Positions 1-9,748 of a stretch of DNA of 64,000 nucleotides are shown piece by piece. Source of the stretch: an uncultured candidate division Zixibacteria bacterium (GTDB lineage: Bacteria; Zixibacteria; MSB-5A5; RBG-16-43-9). A model generated the notes under the pieces. It was not told the origin of the DNA and made no database searches. It saw only the letters and a list, made by a program, of their open reading frames with translations. The translations under genes were made by a program, and so were the position numbers. Numbering within the stretch: position 1 is the first letter of the stretch; each line of letters opens with the position of its first letter. The stretch spans positions 1,344,001 to 1,408,000 of the forward strand of contig OY970208.1 of assembly GCA_963713865.1 (NCBI GenBank). Direction: 5' to 3'.

Positions 1-425
1 CCGGTTTGAAAGATGAGGACATAGTGATAGAATTCGATCAGGAGACAGTCAAGGATTCAGACCAGTTCAGGAAAATGATCGAGAATATCCCACCGAACAA
101 AATGGTCAGATTGAATATCATTCGGGATGGCAAGAAAGAGAGCCTCAGTGTCAAGCTGGGCAGGGTCGGCTCAGCCTACTCCTCCCAAAAGGAAAGGACT
201 ATTCTACCCCCGATTAAAATACCGGAGTTGAACATTCCGGAGATCAAGATTCAGTATGATGAAGCGAAAGGTGAATACGAAAAAGAGGTTCAGGCTAAAA
301 ATTTAGAGGAGCTGAAGAGTATTCTTAACAGTTCTCTGGATAGTTTCAAAAAAGAGCTTGAAAGGTTAAGTAAAGAACTGGAGAGATTAAATCAGAAGAT
401 AGAGAAGGAGAAAGAAAGAAAATAG
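1..425 (+). CDS. PDZ-domain protein with C-terminal coiled coil (5'-partial)
   Basis: Frame open from the window start; GLKDEDIVIEFD...VRLNIIRDGK matches a PDZ C-terminal half; heptad-rich tail. Confidence 0.7.
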   Translation, partial: GLKDEDIVIEFDQETVKDSDQFRKMIENIPPNKMVRLNIIRDGKKESLSVKLGRVGSAYSSQKERTILPPIKIPELNIPEIKIQYDEAKGEYEKEVQAKNLEELKSILNSSLDSFKKELERLSKELERLNQKIEKEKERK

Positions 426-430
426 AATTT

Positions 431-716
431 GTAGGGGCAGACCTATGTGTCTGCCTTGGTATTTTATAGGCAGGATACAACCTATACCCAAGTTAGTAGC
501 GTCCGGGTTAATCCCGGACGTTTTTCTATATTTGTTGTAGTTGTAGGGACAGAATCCGCCTCAGGCGGATTCTGTCCAGGTGGTTTATCAACAAAAAACG
601 CCCGACACAAAGGTAGAGCGTTACGATTTTATAAAATAGACGTCGGGCATAAAGCCCGACGCTACAATATCAAGGATGTATACAATTCGTAGGGGTTCAA
701 AATTTTGAACCCCTAT
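431..716. repeat. Cluster of GTAG-type REP-like palindromes between convergent genes
   Basis: gtaggggcagac..gtctgcc, gtagcgtccggg..cccggacg, gtagggacagaat..attctgtcc, cgtcgggc..gcccgacgctac, gtaggggttcaaa..tttgaacccctat. Confidence 0.85.
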
Positions 717-750
717 AATACAATAAAAAATACAAATAGTAGATTTCTTA

Positions 751-2154
751 TTATAAAGTTTTCAGATAGGCATCAATTGCTCTGGCGGATTTTTTACCTG
801 CGCCTGCGGCTAAGATTACGGTTGCTCCGCCGGTTACTATATCCCCTCCGGCGAAAACTCCTTTGCGCGAGGTTTGGCCGGTTTCTGGGTCAGCTATTAT
901 GTTCCCCCATTTGTTAATTTCTAATCCGGGTGTGGTTTTGGGAACTAAAGGGTTAGAGCTATTTCCAATGGCGACTATCACGGTATCCACATCCATTATG
1001 AAATTAGAGCCTTCAATTGGCACTGGTCTTCTTCTTCCGGATTCATCCGGCTCTCCTAATTTCATTCGGATGCATTCCATCCCTTTAACCCAGCCATCCT
1101 CAGTTCCTATGAATCTAAGCGGGTTAACTAAAAACTCGAATTTCACCCCTTCCTCTTCGGCATGATGAATCTCATCTTTCCGGGCTGGCATCTCAGCTCT
1201 GGAACGTCGGTAAACTATATAACCATTTTCTGCACCTAGTCTCAAAGCAGTTCTGACTGAGTCCATGGCGGTATTTCCACCACCTAAGACCGTAACGTTT
1301 CTGCCAGAGAAGATGGGTGTATCATATTGAGGAAATAAATAGGCTTTCATCAGATTCGAGCGGGTCAAATATTCATTAGATGAATAAACTCCATTGAGAT
1401 TTTCACCCGGGATTCTCATAAAGTTAGGAAGTCCTGCTCCGGTCCCAATGAAAACAGCGTGGTAGCCAGAGTTGAAAAGCTCGTCAATGGTCTGAAGCAT
1501 CCCTACCACATAACTGGTTTTGAACTCTACCCCTAATTTTGCGAGATAGTCAACTTCGGATTGAACAATTGCCTTGGGCAGTCTGAACTCAGGGATACCA
1601 TAAACCAATACCCCTCCGGCTTTATGCAAAGCTTCAAACACTGTTACCTGATGTCCCAGCTTGATTAAATCACCAGCTACGGTCAGCCCGGCTGGACCTG
1701 AGCCTACAATCGCTACTTTCTTGCCAGTCGATTTCTCTATCTCAGGTATCTCTATTTCACCTTTTTCTCTTTCGTAATCTGCGGCAAATCTCTCCAAGTT
1801 ACCTATGGCTACGGGTTCATATTTTTTTGCCAGGACGCAGACTTTTTCACACTGGTCCTCCTGCGGGCAAACCCTCCCGCAAACTGCTGGTAAGCTGTTC
1901 GACTCTTTAAGCTTTTTAGCTGCTCCTATATAATCCCCTTCAGCGATCAATTTAATAAATCCAGGTATATCGATCTCCACCGGACAACCAGAAATACAGG
2001 TAGGCTTTTTGCAGAAGAGACACCTTTGAGCTTCTGTTACTGCTAATTCCTCAGTATATCCAAAGGGAACCTCTTTGAAATTCTTAACTCTATCTTCTGG
2101 TTTTTGTTGAGGTATCTTCTGCCTGGGGATATTTATTTTTTTCGGGGTACTCAA
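751..2154 (-). CDS. gltA: NADPH-dependent glutamate synthase small-subunit homologue (GltA/SudA/NfnB, electron-bifurcating transhydrogenase large subunit)
   Basis: CxxCxxxxCxxxCP and CGRVCP Fe-S motifs, GSGPAG and GGGNTA Rossmann motifs; adjacent to an NfnA homologue. Confidence 0.9.
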   Translation of the reverse strand: MSTPKKINIPRQKIPQQKPEDRVKNFKEVPFGYTEELAVTEAQRCLFCKKPTCISGCPVEIDIPGFIKLIAEGDYIGAAKKLKESNSLPAVCGRVCPQEDQCEKVCVLAKKYEPVAIGNLERFAADYEREKGEIEIPEIEKSTGKKVAIVGSGPAGLTVAGDLIKLGHQVTVFEALHKAGGVLVYGIPEFRLPKAIVQSEVDYLAKLGVEFKTSYVVGMLQTIDELFNSGYHAVFIGTGAGLPNFMRIPGENLNGVYSSNEYLTRSNLMKAYLFPQYDTPIFSGRNVTVLGGGNTAMDSVRTALRLGAENGYIVYRRSRAEMPARKDEIHHAEEEGVKFEFLVNPLRFIGTEDGWVKGMECIRMKLGEPDESGRRRPVPIEGSNFIMDVDTVIVAIGNSSNPLVPKTTPGLEINKWGNIIADPETGQTSRKGVFAGGDIVTGGATVILAAGAGKKSARAIDAYLKTL

Positions 2155-2167
2155 TTCAACTCCTCGA

Positions 2168-3013
2168 TTATGTTAAGGTGGAGCCTTTCTGATGCTGGAG
2201 AAAATTATCCATTGCTATTTTTTCCTGTTTCAGGTACATCTTCTGTCTTTCAAGTAATTCCTCAAAATCGACTAAATGGGCGTCAAAATCCGGGCCATCA
2301 ATACAGGCAAATTTGGTCTGATTCCCCACTGTCACTCTGCAGGCACCGCACATACCGGTTCCATCCACCATTATCGGGTTCAGACTTATTATGGTCTTGA
2401 TCTTATAAGGTAGGGTAGTTTTGGCTAAAGCCCTCATCATCAAAACCGGTCCAACCGAGAAGATGAAATCTATTTTTTCCCCTTTCTCTAAAAGGCCGGC
2501 TAAAACCTGGGTAACAAAACCGTGAATGCCATAGCTGCCATCATCCGTGGAGATAAATAGCTTATCGCATGCAGATTTTGATTCTTCCTCCATTATCAGA
2601 AGCTCTTTGGTCCTGGCACCAATTATGGAGATGACATAATTCCCCGTTTCTTTTAAAGCCTGGGCTACCGGGTGAATTGGGGCAATCCCTATACCTCCTC
2701 CGATACAGATGCAGGTTCCATATTTCTCAATATGAGTGGGAGTTCCTAAAGGTCCGATTACATCGGCAATTGAGTCTCCTTCCAGAAGAGTGCCTAATTC
2801 AGCAGTAGATTTGCCCACCTCTTGAAAGACTATAGTTAAAATCCCGTTCTTTTTATCCAAATCAGCAATTGACATAGGGATTCGCTCACCCGGCTCATCA
2901 ATCCTCAAAATAACAAATTGACCGGGTTTTGCTTTCTCCACTAAAAGTGGTAGATGAAACCTTATCCTATGAATCCCCTGGGCTAATTTTTCTTTTTCAA
3001 TTAATTTTTCCAG
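2168..3013 (-). CDS. NfnA/SudB-like FAD/NAD-binding [2Fe-2S] subunit (dihydroorotate dehydrogenase electron-transfer-like); probable CTG start
   Basis: KPGQF..ERIP, GGGIG, DGTGMCGACRV..CIDGP; frame extends upstream of 2941 to CTG at 3013 behind AAGGAG. Confidence 0.88.
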   Translation of the reverse strand: MEKLIEKEKLAQGIHRIRFHLPLLVEKAKPGQFVILRIDEPGERIPMSIADLDKKNGILTIVFQEVGKSTAELGTLLEGDSIADVIGPLGTPTHIEKYGTCICIGGGIGIAPIHPVAQALKETGNYVISIIGARTKELLIMEEESKSACDKLFISTDDGSYGIHGFVTQVLAGLLEKGEKIDFIFSVGPVLMMRALAKTTLPYKIKTIISLNPIMVDGTGMCGACRVTVGNQTKFACIDGPDFDAHLVDFEELLERQKMYLKQEKIAMDNFLQHQKGSTLT

Positions 3014-3123
3014 ATGCGCTCCTTTTTTTAAAGAAACATACTTTATCTTTTGCTCTGTGCTGGTATCTTCACCAATCCAATTTCTGATAGAAGGTTTGGA
3101 AATCAGCTGTCAACAAATTCCCG

Positions 3124-3456
3124 TCATTTTCTCATTTTCTCTTTTTCTATCTCTTCTACAAAATAGGTTTTAAAGAAATCTACAACTTCCTGAGGAGCGA
3201 ATACGTCAATCGCTTCTTCGGCTTTCATTTTCGCAAAATCCTTTTTGAACCCCTCGCTCACCTGCAAGAGGGAATCGATTCCCTTGACCACTTCTTCATA
3301 GTTTTTGGAATCGAATTCAGCCCTAAGATCCTGAGGCAGGGTGTTGCGAAAAGCATCTAATCTTTGTTGTAAGTTTTGAACCCTGGACTTCTGGCATCCA
3401 GTGAAAGAGAATAAAAGGATTATGATTGATAAAAAACTTATAGTAGCTTTAAACAC
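3124..3456 (-). CDS. Hypothetical lipoprotein
   Basis: Hydrophobic leader with lipobox FTGC; overlaps the ackA stop. Confidence 0.7.
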   Translation of the reverse strand: MFKATISFLSIIILLFSFTGCQKSRVQNLQQRLDAFRNTLPQDLRAEFDSKNYEEVVKGIDSLLQVSEGFKKDFAKMKAEEAIDVFAPQEVVDFFKTYFVEEIEKEKMRK

Positions 3457-4681
3457 CTTTTATCGTCTCCTTTAAAAATTTATCTACCTCAATGACTTTT
3501 CTGGTCTCCTCAGCTATGACTAACTCTTCATTTGTCGGGATAGCAAATACTTTAACCCTGGCTTTGTCTTTGCTGATTAAAGCCTCCACCCCAACCGCTT
3601 CATCATTTCTATCCTCGTCTATTTCGATCCCTAAGAATTCCAATCCTTCACAACATCTCTGTCGAATCAGAGGTGAATTCTCCCCGATCCCGGCAGTAAA
3701 AACCAGAGAATCTAAACCGCCCATAGCAGCCGCATAGGCACCGATATATTTTTTTATACGGTAACAGTAGATCTCCAAGGCTAATTTTGAATTGGCATGA
3801 CCCTCTTTGGCTTCCTGAATAATGTCACGCATATCACTTGATTGCCCGGAGATCCCCTGAATGCCACTGTGTTTGTTTAAAAGGGTATTAGCCTCCTGCA
3901 GGGAGAGCTCTTCTCTTGCCATTATGTGCAGAATTACGGCCGGGTCTAAGTCACCGCATCTGGTGCCCATAAGGAGTCCCTCTAAGGGAGTAAATCCCAT
4001 GCTGGTATCTATGGATATCCCTTCTTTGACCGCGGACATACTGGCACCATTACCTAAATGGCAGGTTATTATTTTGAGCTCCTTAATCGGTTTTCTTAAA
4101 AGCTGTGACGCACGTTTGGATACGTAAAAATGAGAAGTGCCATGAAAACCATATCTTCTGATACCGTATTTTTTATAAAGGATATAAGGAAGACCATAGA
4201 TATATGCATGTTTGGGCATCTGCTGATGAAAAGCTGTATCGAAGACCGCTACCTGAGGGATATTGGATAAAATCCTCTGGCAGGCGTTGATTCCTCTTAT
4301 ATTATGGGGATTATGCAGAGGGGCAAGCTCAATACAGTTTCTCAACTCTACCATCACCTCAGGAGTTATCAGGACAGATTCAGGGAATTTCTCACCTCCA
4401 TGCACCACGCGGTGCCCAATTGCTCCGATCTCAGATTTATCTTTAATCACCCCGTGATTAGGGGAGAGGAGTATACTTATAACATACTCTATGGCTACTA
4501 TATGATCGATTATCTCACCGGAGATCTTTATCTCCTGCCGATCATGAGGTTTGTGAGTCAATACTGCCTCACTCATCCCGATTCGGGAAACTAAACCTTT
4601 AGCCAGGGAATAGTTTTTATCTATGTCTATCAGTTGATACTTAACCGAAGAACTACCACAATTTAAAACTAAAATCTTCAT
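3449..4681 (-). CDS. ackA: Acetate kinase
   Basis: LNCGSSS, GHRVVHGG, APLHN, YGFHGTSH, TAGIGEN, PTNEE. Confidence 0.97.
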   Translation of the reverse strand: MKILVLNCGSSSVKYQLIDIDKNYSLAKGLVSRIGMSEAVLTHKPHDRQEIKISGEIIDHIVAIEYVISILLSPNHGVIKDKSEIGAIGHRVVHGGEKFPESVLITPEVMVELRNCIELAPLHNPHNIRGINACQRILSNIPQVAVFDTAFHQQMPKHAYIYGLPYILYKKYGIRRYGFHGTSHFYVSKRASQLLRKPIKELKIITCHLGNGASMSAVKEGISIDTSMGFTPLEGLLMGTRCGDLDPAVILHIMAREELSLQEANTLLNKHSGIQGISGQSSDMRDIIQEAKEGHANSKLALEIYCYRIKKYIGAYAAAMGGLDSLVFTAGIGENSPLIRQRCCEGLEFLGIEIDEDRNDEAVGVEALISKDKARVKVFAIPTNEELVIAEETRKVIEVDKFLKETIKGV

Positions 4682-4712
4682 CTTGTCTCCTTTTCAGACT
4701 CTACAAAATAAG

Positions 4713-4783
4713 CTCTGGAGTGTAAAGTTTTAGCTTTACTATTCAGTCTTAGGCATATTTGCAAACCTAAAGGTTTGCACTCC
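4713..4783. repeat. GGAG-type REP-like palindrome pair
   Basis: ggagtgtaaagttttagctttac and gcaaacctaaaggtttgcactcc; related copy at 61464-61524. Confidence 0.7.
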
Positions 4784-4806
4784 AATGTGCACAAATCGAT
4801 AATCTT

Positions 4807-5682
4807 CTATTCCTTGATCCTGTTTCCTTCTGCATCATATTTGAAAAATCCCTGACCGGTTTTCTGTCCCAGATGACCTGCACGAACCATCTTTCTTAAT
4901 AAAGGACAGGGGTTATACTTATGCTCAGAGAGCTCATTCAAAAGGTTCTCCATCCAGCTCATCACCACGTCCAAGCCCATCATATCTGCCAGGGCTAAGG
5001 GGCCGACGTTAAACCCGAACCCTAATCTCATCGCGGTGTCTATGTCATCTGCTGAAGCGATCCCCTCCATCAGAACGTGCATAGCCTCATTCAGAAAAGG
5101 AACGATTATCCGGGTTGTTACATATCCCGGATATTCATAGACTGTTACCGGGGTTTTATTTAACTGGTCAGCGAAGTCTTTAATGGCATCATAGGTCTGC
5201 TGGGAAGTCTTTAATCCCCTGACGATCTCCACTAGGGGGACTTTAGTTACCGGAAAGAGAAAATGCATCCCGATAACCTTATCCGGTCTTTTGGTGAATG
5301 AAGCCAACTCGGTTATGGATAAAGTAGAGGTGTTGGTGATTATGATGGTCTCGGGTGAACAGCTTAAATCCAGTGCTTTGAAAGCTTCTTTCTTAATCTC
5401 TAAACTCTCGGGCACAGCTTCGATTACCATTGTAACGCTGCACACCTCTTCCAGTGAAGTAGTCGGTGAAATCCTGGTGAGAATTGCCTTTTTTTCACTG
5501 CGGGTTAACCCCCATTTCTCAATCTCGTTATCCATACTCTCAGAAAGTATATGCATACTGTTTTTTAAGATCTCCTCAGATTTATCCACTAAAACTACTT
5601 CACAACCTGTAGAGGCAATCAACTCTGAGATCCCCCTCCCCATCACTCCTGCTCCTACTACTACGACTTTATGTATTGGCAT
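4807..5682 (-). CDS. hbd: 3-hydroxybutyryl-CoA dehydrogenase
   Basis: GAGVMG, EAVPE, NTSTL, GMHF, GPLALAD, GHLGQKTGQGFF. Confidence 0.9.
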   Translation of the reverse strand: MPIHKVVVVGAGVMGRGISELIASTGCEVVLVDKSEEILKNSMHILSESMDNEIEKWGLTRSEKKAILTRISPTTSLEEVCSVTMVIEAVPESLEIKKEAFKALDLSCSPETIIITNTSTLSITELASFTKRPDKVIGMHFLFPVTKVPLVEIVRGLKTSQQTYDAIKDFADQLNKTPVTVYEYPGYVTTRIIVPFLNEAMHVLMEGIASADDIDTAMRLGFGFNVGPLALADMMGLDVVMSWMENLLNELSEHKYNPCPLLRKMVRAGHLGQKTGQGFFKYDAEGNRIKE

Positions 5683-5871
5683 ATATACCTCGCTTACTTA
5701 AAAACAAATACGAATGACGAATATCTGTTTGATGACAGCTATTAGCCTGTAGCAAGTAGCTAAAGGCTAAAAGCGAGTCTCGAATCGCTAACAACGAGCA
5801 CCGAATCCAAAGAACGAAAAATTATATATAATAATAAAATTTATTTTATTAGCAAGCCAATTCTTGGATTT

Positions 5872-5889
5872 TTGTAAAAAATTTCACAA
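5872..5889. promoter_or_regulatory. Candidate Rex operator upstream of the hbd-ackA-nfnAB operon
   Basis: TTGTAAAAAATTTCACAA, one mismatch to TTGTGAA-N4-TTCACAA; just upstream of a minus-strand TTGCTA-16-TATTAT promoter candidate. Confidence 0.6.
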
Positions 5890-6242
5890 GTCCTACGGAT
5901 CCGTTTCTCGGACTAAAAATTTAACCCCTTGCATTTCCTCAAGTTACAAAAATCTTATAAAAAATTCATTTTTCCCTTAACAAGTATGGGCTGAATTTAT
6001 TTAATAGGGTTAAAGTTATTTGAATAATAAATAAAAAGTTATCAAATTGTAAGGTTTTGTCCTGCCTTTGGGGGATGAGGTATTTGACTATCAAATCTCA
6101 CCCAGGAGGTTCTAATGACCCCAAGCTCGTTTGATTAATCCAGACAATTTAATTCTTGCTGTTTCCCTTTTAGTTTTTTTCTGAGATGGTTTTTCTTTAA
6201 TTCTTTTTCACTCGATTAGTGGTGTCTTTAAACAATAGCACC

Positions 6243-6667
6243 GAGGAGGTGATGTTTATGTAGCGAAGCCATCCCTGGACGGGCAGGCGCCCGTTTTATA
6301 GGTCCGAAATCAGGTATGGCTTCGGGCAGCAGAGAAGATATCGGATAGGCCTTGCGACCCATAGCTGTCGGGCATATCCGACCTGTAAACTGACACATTA
6401 CCCCAGCCCGACTGATTGACGCGATTTTGCGGCATTAGGTGGTGCTAGAATGCGGCATTTGAAACATGGAGGATGATGCCTATGAGAAAATAGAATGAGC
6501 AGACTGTGATCAGTTTGTCGTTACGATTTAGTGTAAACAGCAGATTATTAAGAAAGAAGGCAAAACCACAGGGGTTTGACTTACGAAACTGATAGACAAA
6601 GGAGGTCAAGCCGCCACGGGCTTGCCTTACCTATAACGTCTAATTTATGACAACGGCTTGTCATAGA
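6243..6667 (+). promoter_or_regulatory. Structured leader or putative ncRNA with SD/mini-ORF modules and hairpins
   Basis: Stems 6264-6324, 6341-6381, 6557-6628, 6645-6666; GGAGG(A)TGATG-YYT-ATG..TAG twice. Confidence 0.45.
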
Positions 6668-6681
6668 AAGGTAGAAACACA

Positions 6682-7500
6682 ATGAAACGCTTCATTTCAA
6701 TCAACGCAGTAAGAGCAGTTGGCATTTTGACGGTATGTATCGCCGTTATGCTGCTGGGGCTTGCGTCCACCCCCGGCAGTGCGCTGGCAAATAGCGATTG
6801 TATTGACTTTGAGACCCTGCCGGATGGCACCCCGACCTCAGACCAAATGACGATTGACAATCAGTATTGGGGCCAGTCGACACCGTATACGGGTGTGAAG
6901 TTCTCTCTTTCAAACGGCAAGTATCCGAAAATCGCAAAAGTCGGCACGCCCGTGACGGCGTTTCAGGGCCCAGAAGGCACCAAAGACGCAAATTGCTGGA
7001 ACTCTGAAACCACTGACGACATGCCGAGAGCATTAGATCAACCCGTAGTAGAATGCTCTTTTCTGACATCGTACACCCCGGAGGCCACAACGCCACCCGA
7101 TCTGATTGTAGACTATTACGCGACAGTCACAGAAGCCAGCGGTTATATCCTTGATATTGACGCGACTGAAGGTTGGCGCATAACCGCCTATATGAGTCCG
7201 TCTCCGGCTCCGGTGGGAACTCCGCTGGAATTGGTCGCCGAGAGTGGAAACACGGGCGACGGTGTCGCAATTCTTTGGACCATATCTGTCCCTACTGGTT
7301 TTAACAGATTGGTATTTCGTTACATTGGCGGAAAAAAGGAAGTGGGATTGGCGTTTGACAACTTTTGCACTGACACCATACCTGGTCAAGACATCCCCAC
7401 CCTCTCCGAATGGGGTCTTATTGGTCTTATGCTTGTGCTTTTGGCATTAGCCACCTGGGTGTTTTTCAGGAGGAGAAAGGTAGTAGGTGTCAAGACATAG
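6682..7500 (+). CDS. Secreted protein with IPTL-CTERM sorting signal (exosortase substrate)
   Basis: N-terminal signal peptide; C-terminal IPTLSEWG, TM helix, RRRK. Confidence 0.88.
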   Translation: MKRFISINAVRAVGILTVCIAVMLLGLASTPGSALANSDCIDFETLPDGTPTSDQMTIDNQYWGQSTPYTGVKFSLSNGKYPKIAKVGTPVTAFQGPEGTKDANCWNSETTDDMPRALDQPVVECSFLTSYTPEATTPPDLIVDYYATVTEASGYILDIDATEGWRITAYMSPSPAPVGTPLELVAESGNTGDGVAILWTISVPTGFNRLVFRYIGGKKEVGLAFDNFCTDTIPGQDIPTLSEWGLIGLMLVLLALATWVFFRRRKVVGVKT

Positions 7501-7710
7501 GTCATAGGTGATAGGTGGTAGGAATTAGGTTGACTGACAAGGCTTTATGAAAACAGGTGAAGAGAAACAAGAGCTAAAAAAGGCGCAAAGGAAACCTAAA
7601 AAGGAGATTTTGAAAAGAGTCGTGCTACGAAAAAAGTAGAGGCACGTTGCAACGTGCCCCTACAACTATTGAACTTTTGAGCTTTTGAACCTTTAATCCT
7701 TTTTTCAAAT

Positions 7711-9702
7711 TTACACAATCGGAGGTTTTTCTCCGCCGGGTTCAGGTTCCGATTTTTTCTCCTCAACGGGTAAAGGTCCTATTTTTTTCTCAATCTCCTC
7801 AATCTCCGGTTTTTCCATTAGCTCTTTTACCTTAACTGTTTTGGTAGGATGTTTGGCTAAATAAACTTCTAATTCGGCTTTTTCTTTATCTTTGTAATAT
7901 TCAGCCACTGAAAAAACTATCCTTCTTCCAGGCGGGTCAAATTCAATCGATTTAAGTGGTATCATCTCTCCTTCGGAGAAAGCATCTGCTGGTTTGGTTA
8001 TATCTGGTTTTCCCAGATGCTCTAAAGGTACAAATCCTTCCATCTCTCCTTCCAGTTCCACTATTACCCCGCGATCCAGAAGACGGATGATCTTACCTTG
8101 AGTCTCAACCCCTACCCGGTATTTTCTGGATAGCAAAGGCCAGGGGTCATCTTTAAGCTGTTTATAGCCTAAGGAGATCTTACGATTTTCCTTATCGATA
8201 CTCAAGACCATCACCTCCACCCTTTCTCCTTTCTTCATAACCTCACTGGGATGCTGTATCCTTTTGATCCAGGAAAGGTCTGAGATATGAACCAATCCGT
8301 CAACACCTTCCTCCAGTTCTATGAATACTCCAAATGGAGTAATATTTCTTACCTTGCCAGATACCTTCGCGCCGATTGCGTATTTTCTCTCCATAGCGTC
8401 CCAGGGGTTTGGTTCCATCTGTTTGATCCCCAGGGAGATCCTTTCATTTTCCTTATCTACGGAAAGAACCACAGCATCCACCATATCTCCAACTGCCAGA
8501 AGTTTGGAAGGATGTTTAATATGTTTGGTCCAGGACATCTCCGAGATATGAATCAATCCTTCAATACCTCTTTCCAGTTCCACAAAAGCACCATAATCGG
8601 TAATGGAGACAACCTTTCCCCGCACCCTTCTTCCCACCGGGTATCTTTCCTCGATATTGTCCCAGGGATAAGGGGTAAGCTGTTTAAGTCCTAAGGAGAT
8701 CCGACCAGTGGATTTATCGAAATCCAGTATCTTGACATTTATCTTGTCTCCTAAGGCAACTACTTCACTCGGATGGGATACCCTGCCCCAGGATAAGTCG
8801 GTTATATGTAGAAGTCCATCAACTCCGCCTAAATCGATGAAAACACCAAAATCAGTTATATTTTTAACTACCCCTTCTTTTACCTGCCCTGCCTCGATTT
8901 CAGAAAGAAGTTTAACCTTCTGTTTTTCTCTTTCCTCCTCCAATACTGCTCTTCTGGAAACTACTATGTTCCTTCTGCTCTTATTTAGTTTTATGATCCG
9001 CAGTTGCATGGTCTGTCCTAAGAGAGCATCGAAATCCGGAACTTGTTTTAAAGCTATCTGCGAGCCGGGTAAGAAGGCATCCACTCCAATCAGATCTACA
9101 ACGATTCCTCCCTTAATCCTTTTCAGAAGCTTCCCATCTACTAAAGTTTCTTTTTCATAGGCCTCTCTGATCTTGTCCCAGATTTTTATGAAATCCGCTT
9201 TCTGCTTGGAAAGGACCAGTTGTCCATTCTGGTCTTCTATCGCCTCTAAGAAAAGATCAACTTCGTCCCCGATTTTCAACTGATCTGGATGAGGAAACTC
9301 TGCCAGAGGGATAATCCCTTCGGATTTAAAACCAACATCTACGATGACATCATCTTTAGTAACCCGGAGGACCTTACCTTTAATCAGTTCTCCTTCTTTA
9401 ATTACCCTGAAAGTCTGCTCATACATCGAAAGCATTTTCTGAAATTCATCCGGGGAATATTCTTTTTCCTCTTCCATCTTTAGTTCAGGAAAAGGTTCCT
9501 TTTTCTCCCTTCTGATTTTTCTTTCCCTTATCTCCGGCTTAAACTCTTTTTTCTCAACCGGTTCTTTTTTTCCAATCTCTGCTGGTTTCTTTGACTTTTT
9601 CTTAACTAAAGAATCAGCTTTAGTTTTTTTCACACCTCCTTTCTTTTTACCTTTTTCAGCCTTAAGGGCTGTTGTTTTTCTGGCTTTCTTTTTCTCAGCC
9701 AT
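7711..9702 (-). CDS. rpsA: 30S ribosomal protein S1 with Lys-rich N-terminal extension
   Basis: Six S1 repeats (VKNITDFGVFIDLGGVDGLLHITD etc.). Confidence 0.96.
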   Translation of the reverse strand: MAEKKKARKTTALKAEKGKKKGGVKKTKADSLVKKKSKKPAEIGKKEPVEKKEFKPEIRERKIRREKKEPFPELKMEEEKEYSPDEFQKMLSMYEQTFRVIKEGELIKGKVLRVTKDDVIVDVGFKSEGIIPLAEFPHPDQLKIGDEVDLFLEAIEDQNGQLVLSKQKADFIKIWDKIREAYEKETLVDGKLLKRIKGGIVVDLIGVDAFLPGSQIALKQVPDFDALLGQTMQLRIIKLNKSRRNIVVSRRAVLEEEREKQKVKLLSEIEAGQVKEGVVKNITDFGVFIDLGGVDGLLHITDLSWGRVSHPSEVVALGDKINVKILDFDKSTGRISLGLKQLTPYPWDNIEERYPVGRRVRGKVVSITDYGAFVELERGIEGLIHISEMSWTKHIKHPSKLLAVGDMVDAVVLSVDKENERISLGIKQMEPNPWDAMERKYAIGAKVSGKVRNITPFGVFIELEEGVDGLVHISDLSWIKRIQHPSEVMKKGERVEVMVLSIDKENRKISLGYKQLKDDPWPLLSRKYRVGVETQGKIIRLLDRGVIVELEGEMEGFVPLEHLGKPDITKPADAFSEGEMIPLKSIEFDPPGRRIVFSVAEYYKDKEKAELEVYLAKHPTKTVKVKELMEKPEIEEIEKKIGPLPVEEKKSEPEPGGEKPPIV

Positions 9703-9748
9703 TTTAAGTTGTTCCTCCTTTATATGGAATTTGTCCAGCTGGACATTT

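Noticed and set aside
447-692. 81-aa ORF
   Set aside because: Made almost entirely of REP palindromes, with no protein-like features
6557-6666. c-di-GMP-I (GEMM) riboswitch
   Set aside because: GGCAAAACC, GCCACGGG and GTCTAA..TATGAC fragments resemble it, but the GNRA-capped stem and GACGCAAAGC junction are not in the right order; kept only as an unknown structured leader
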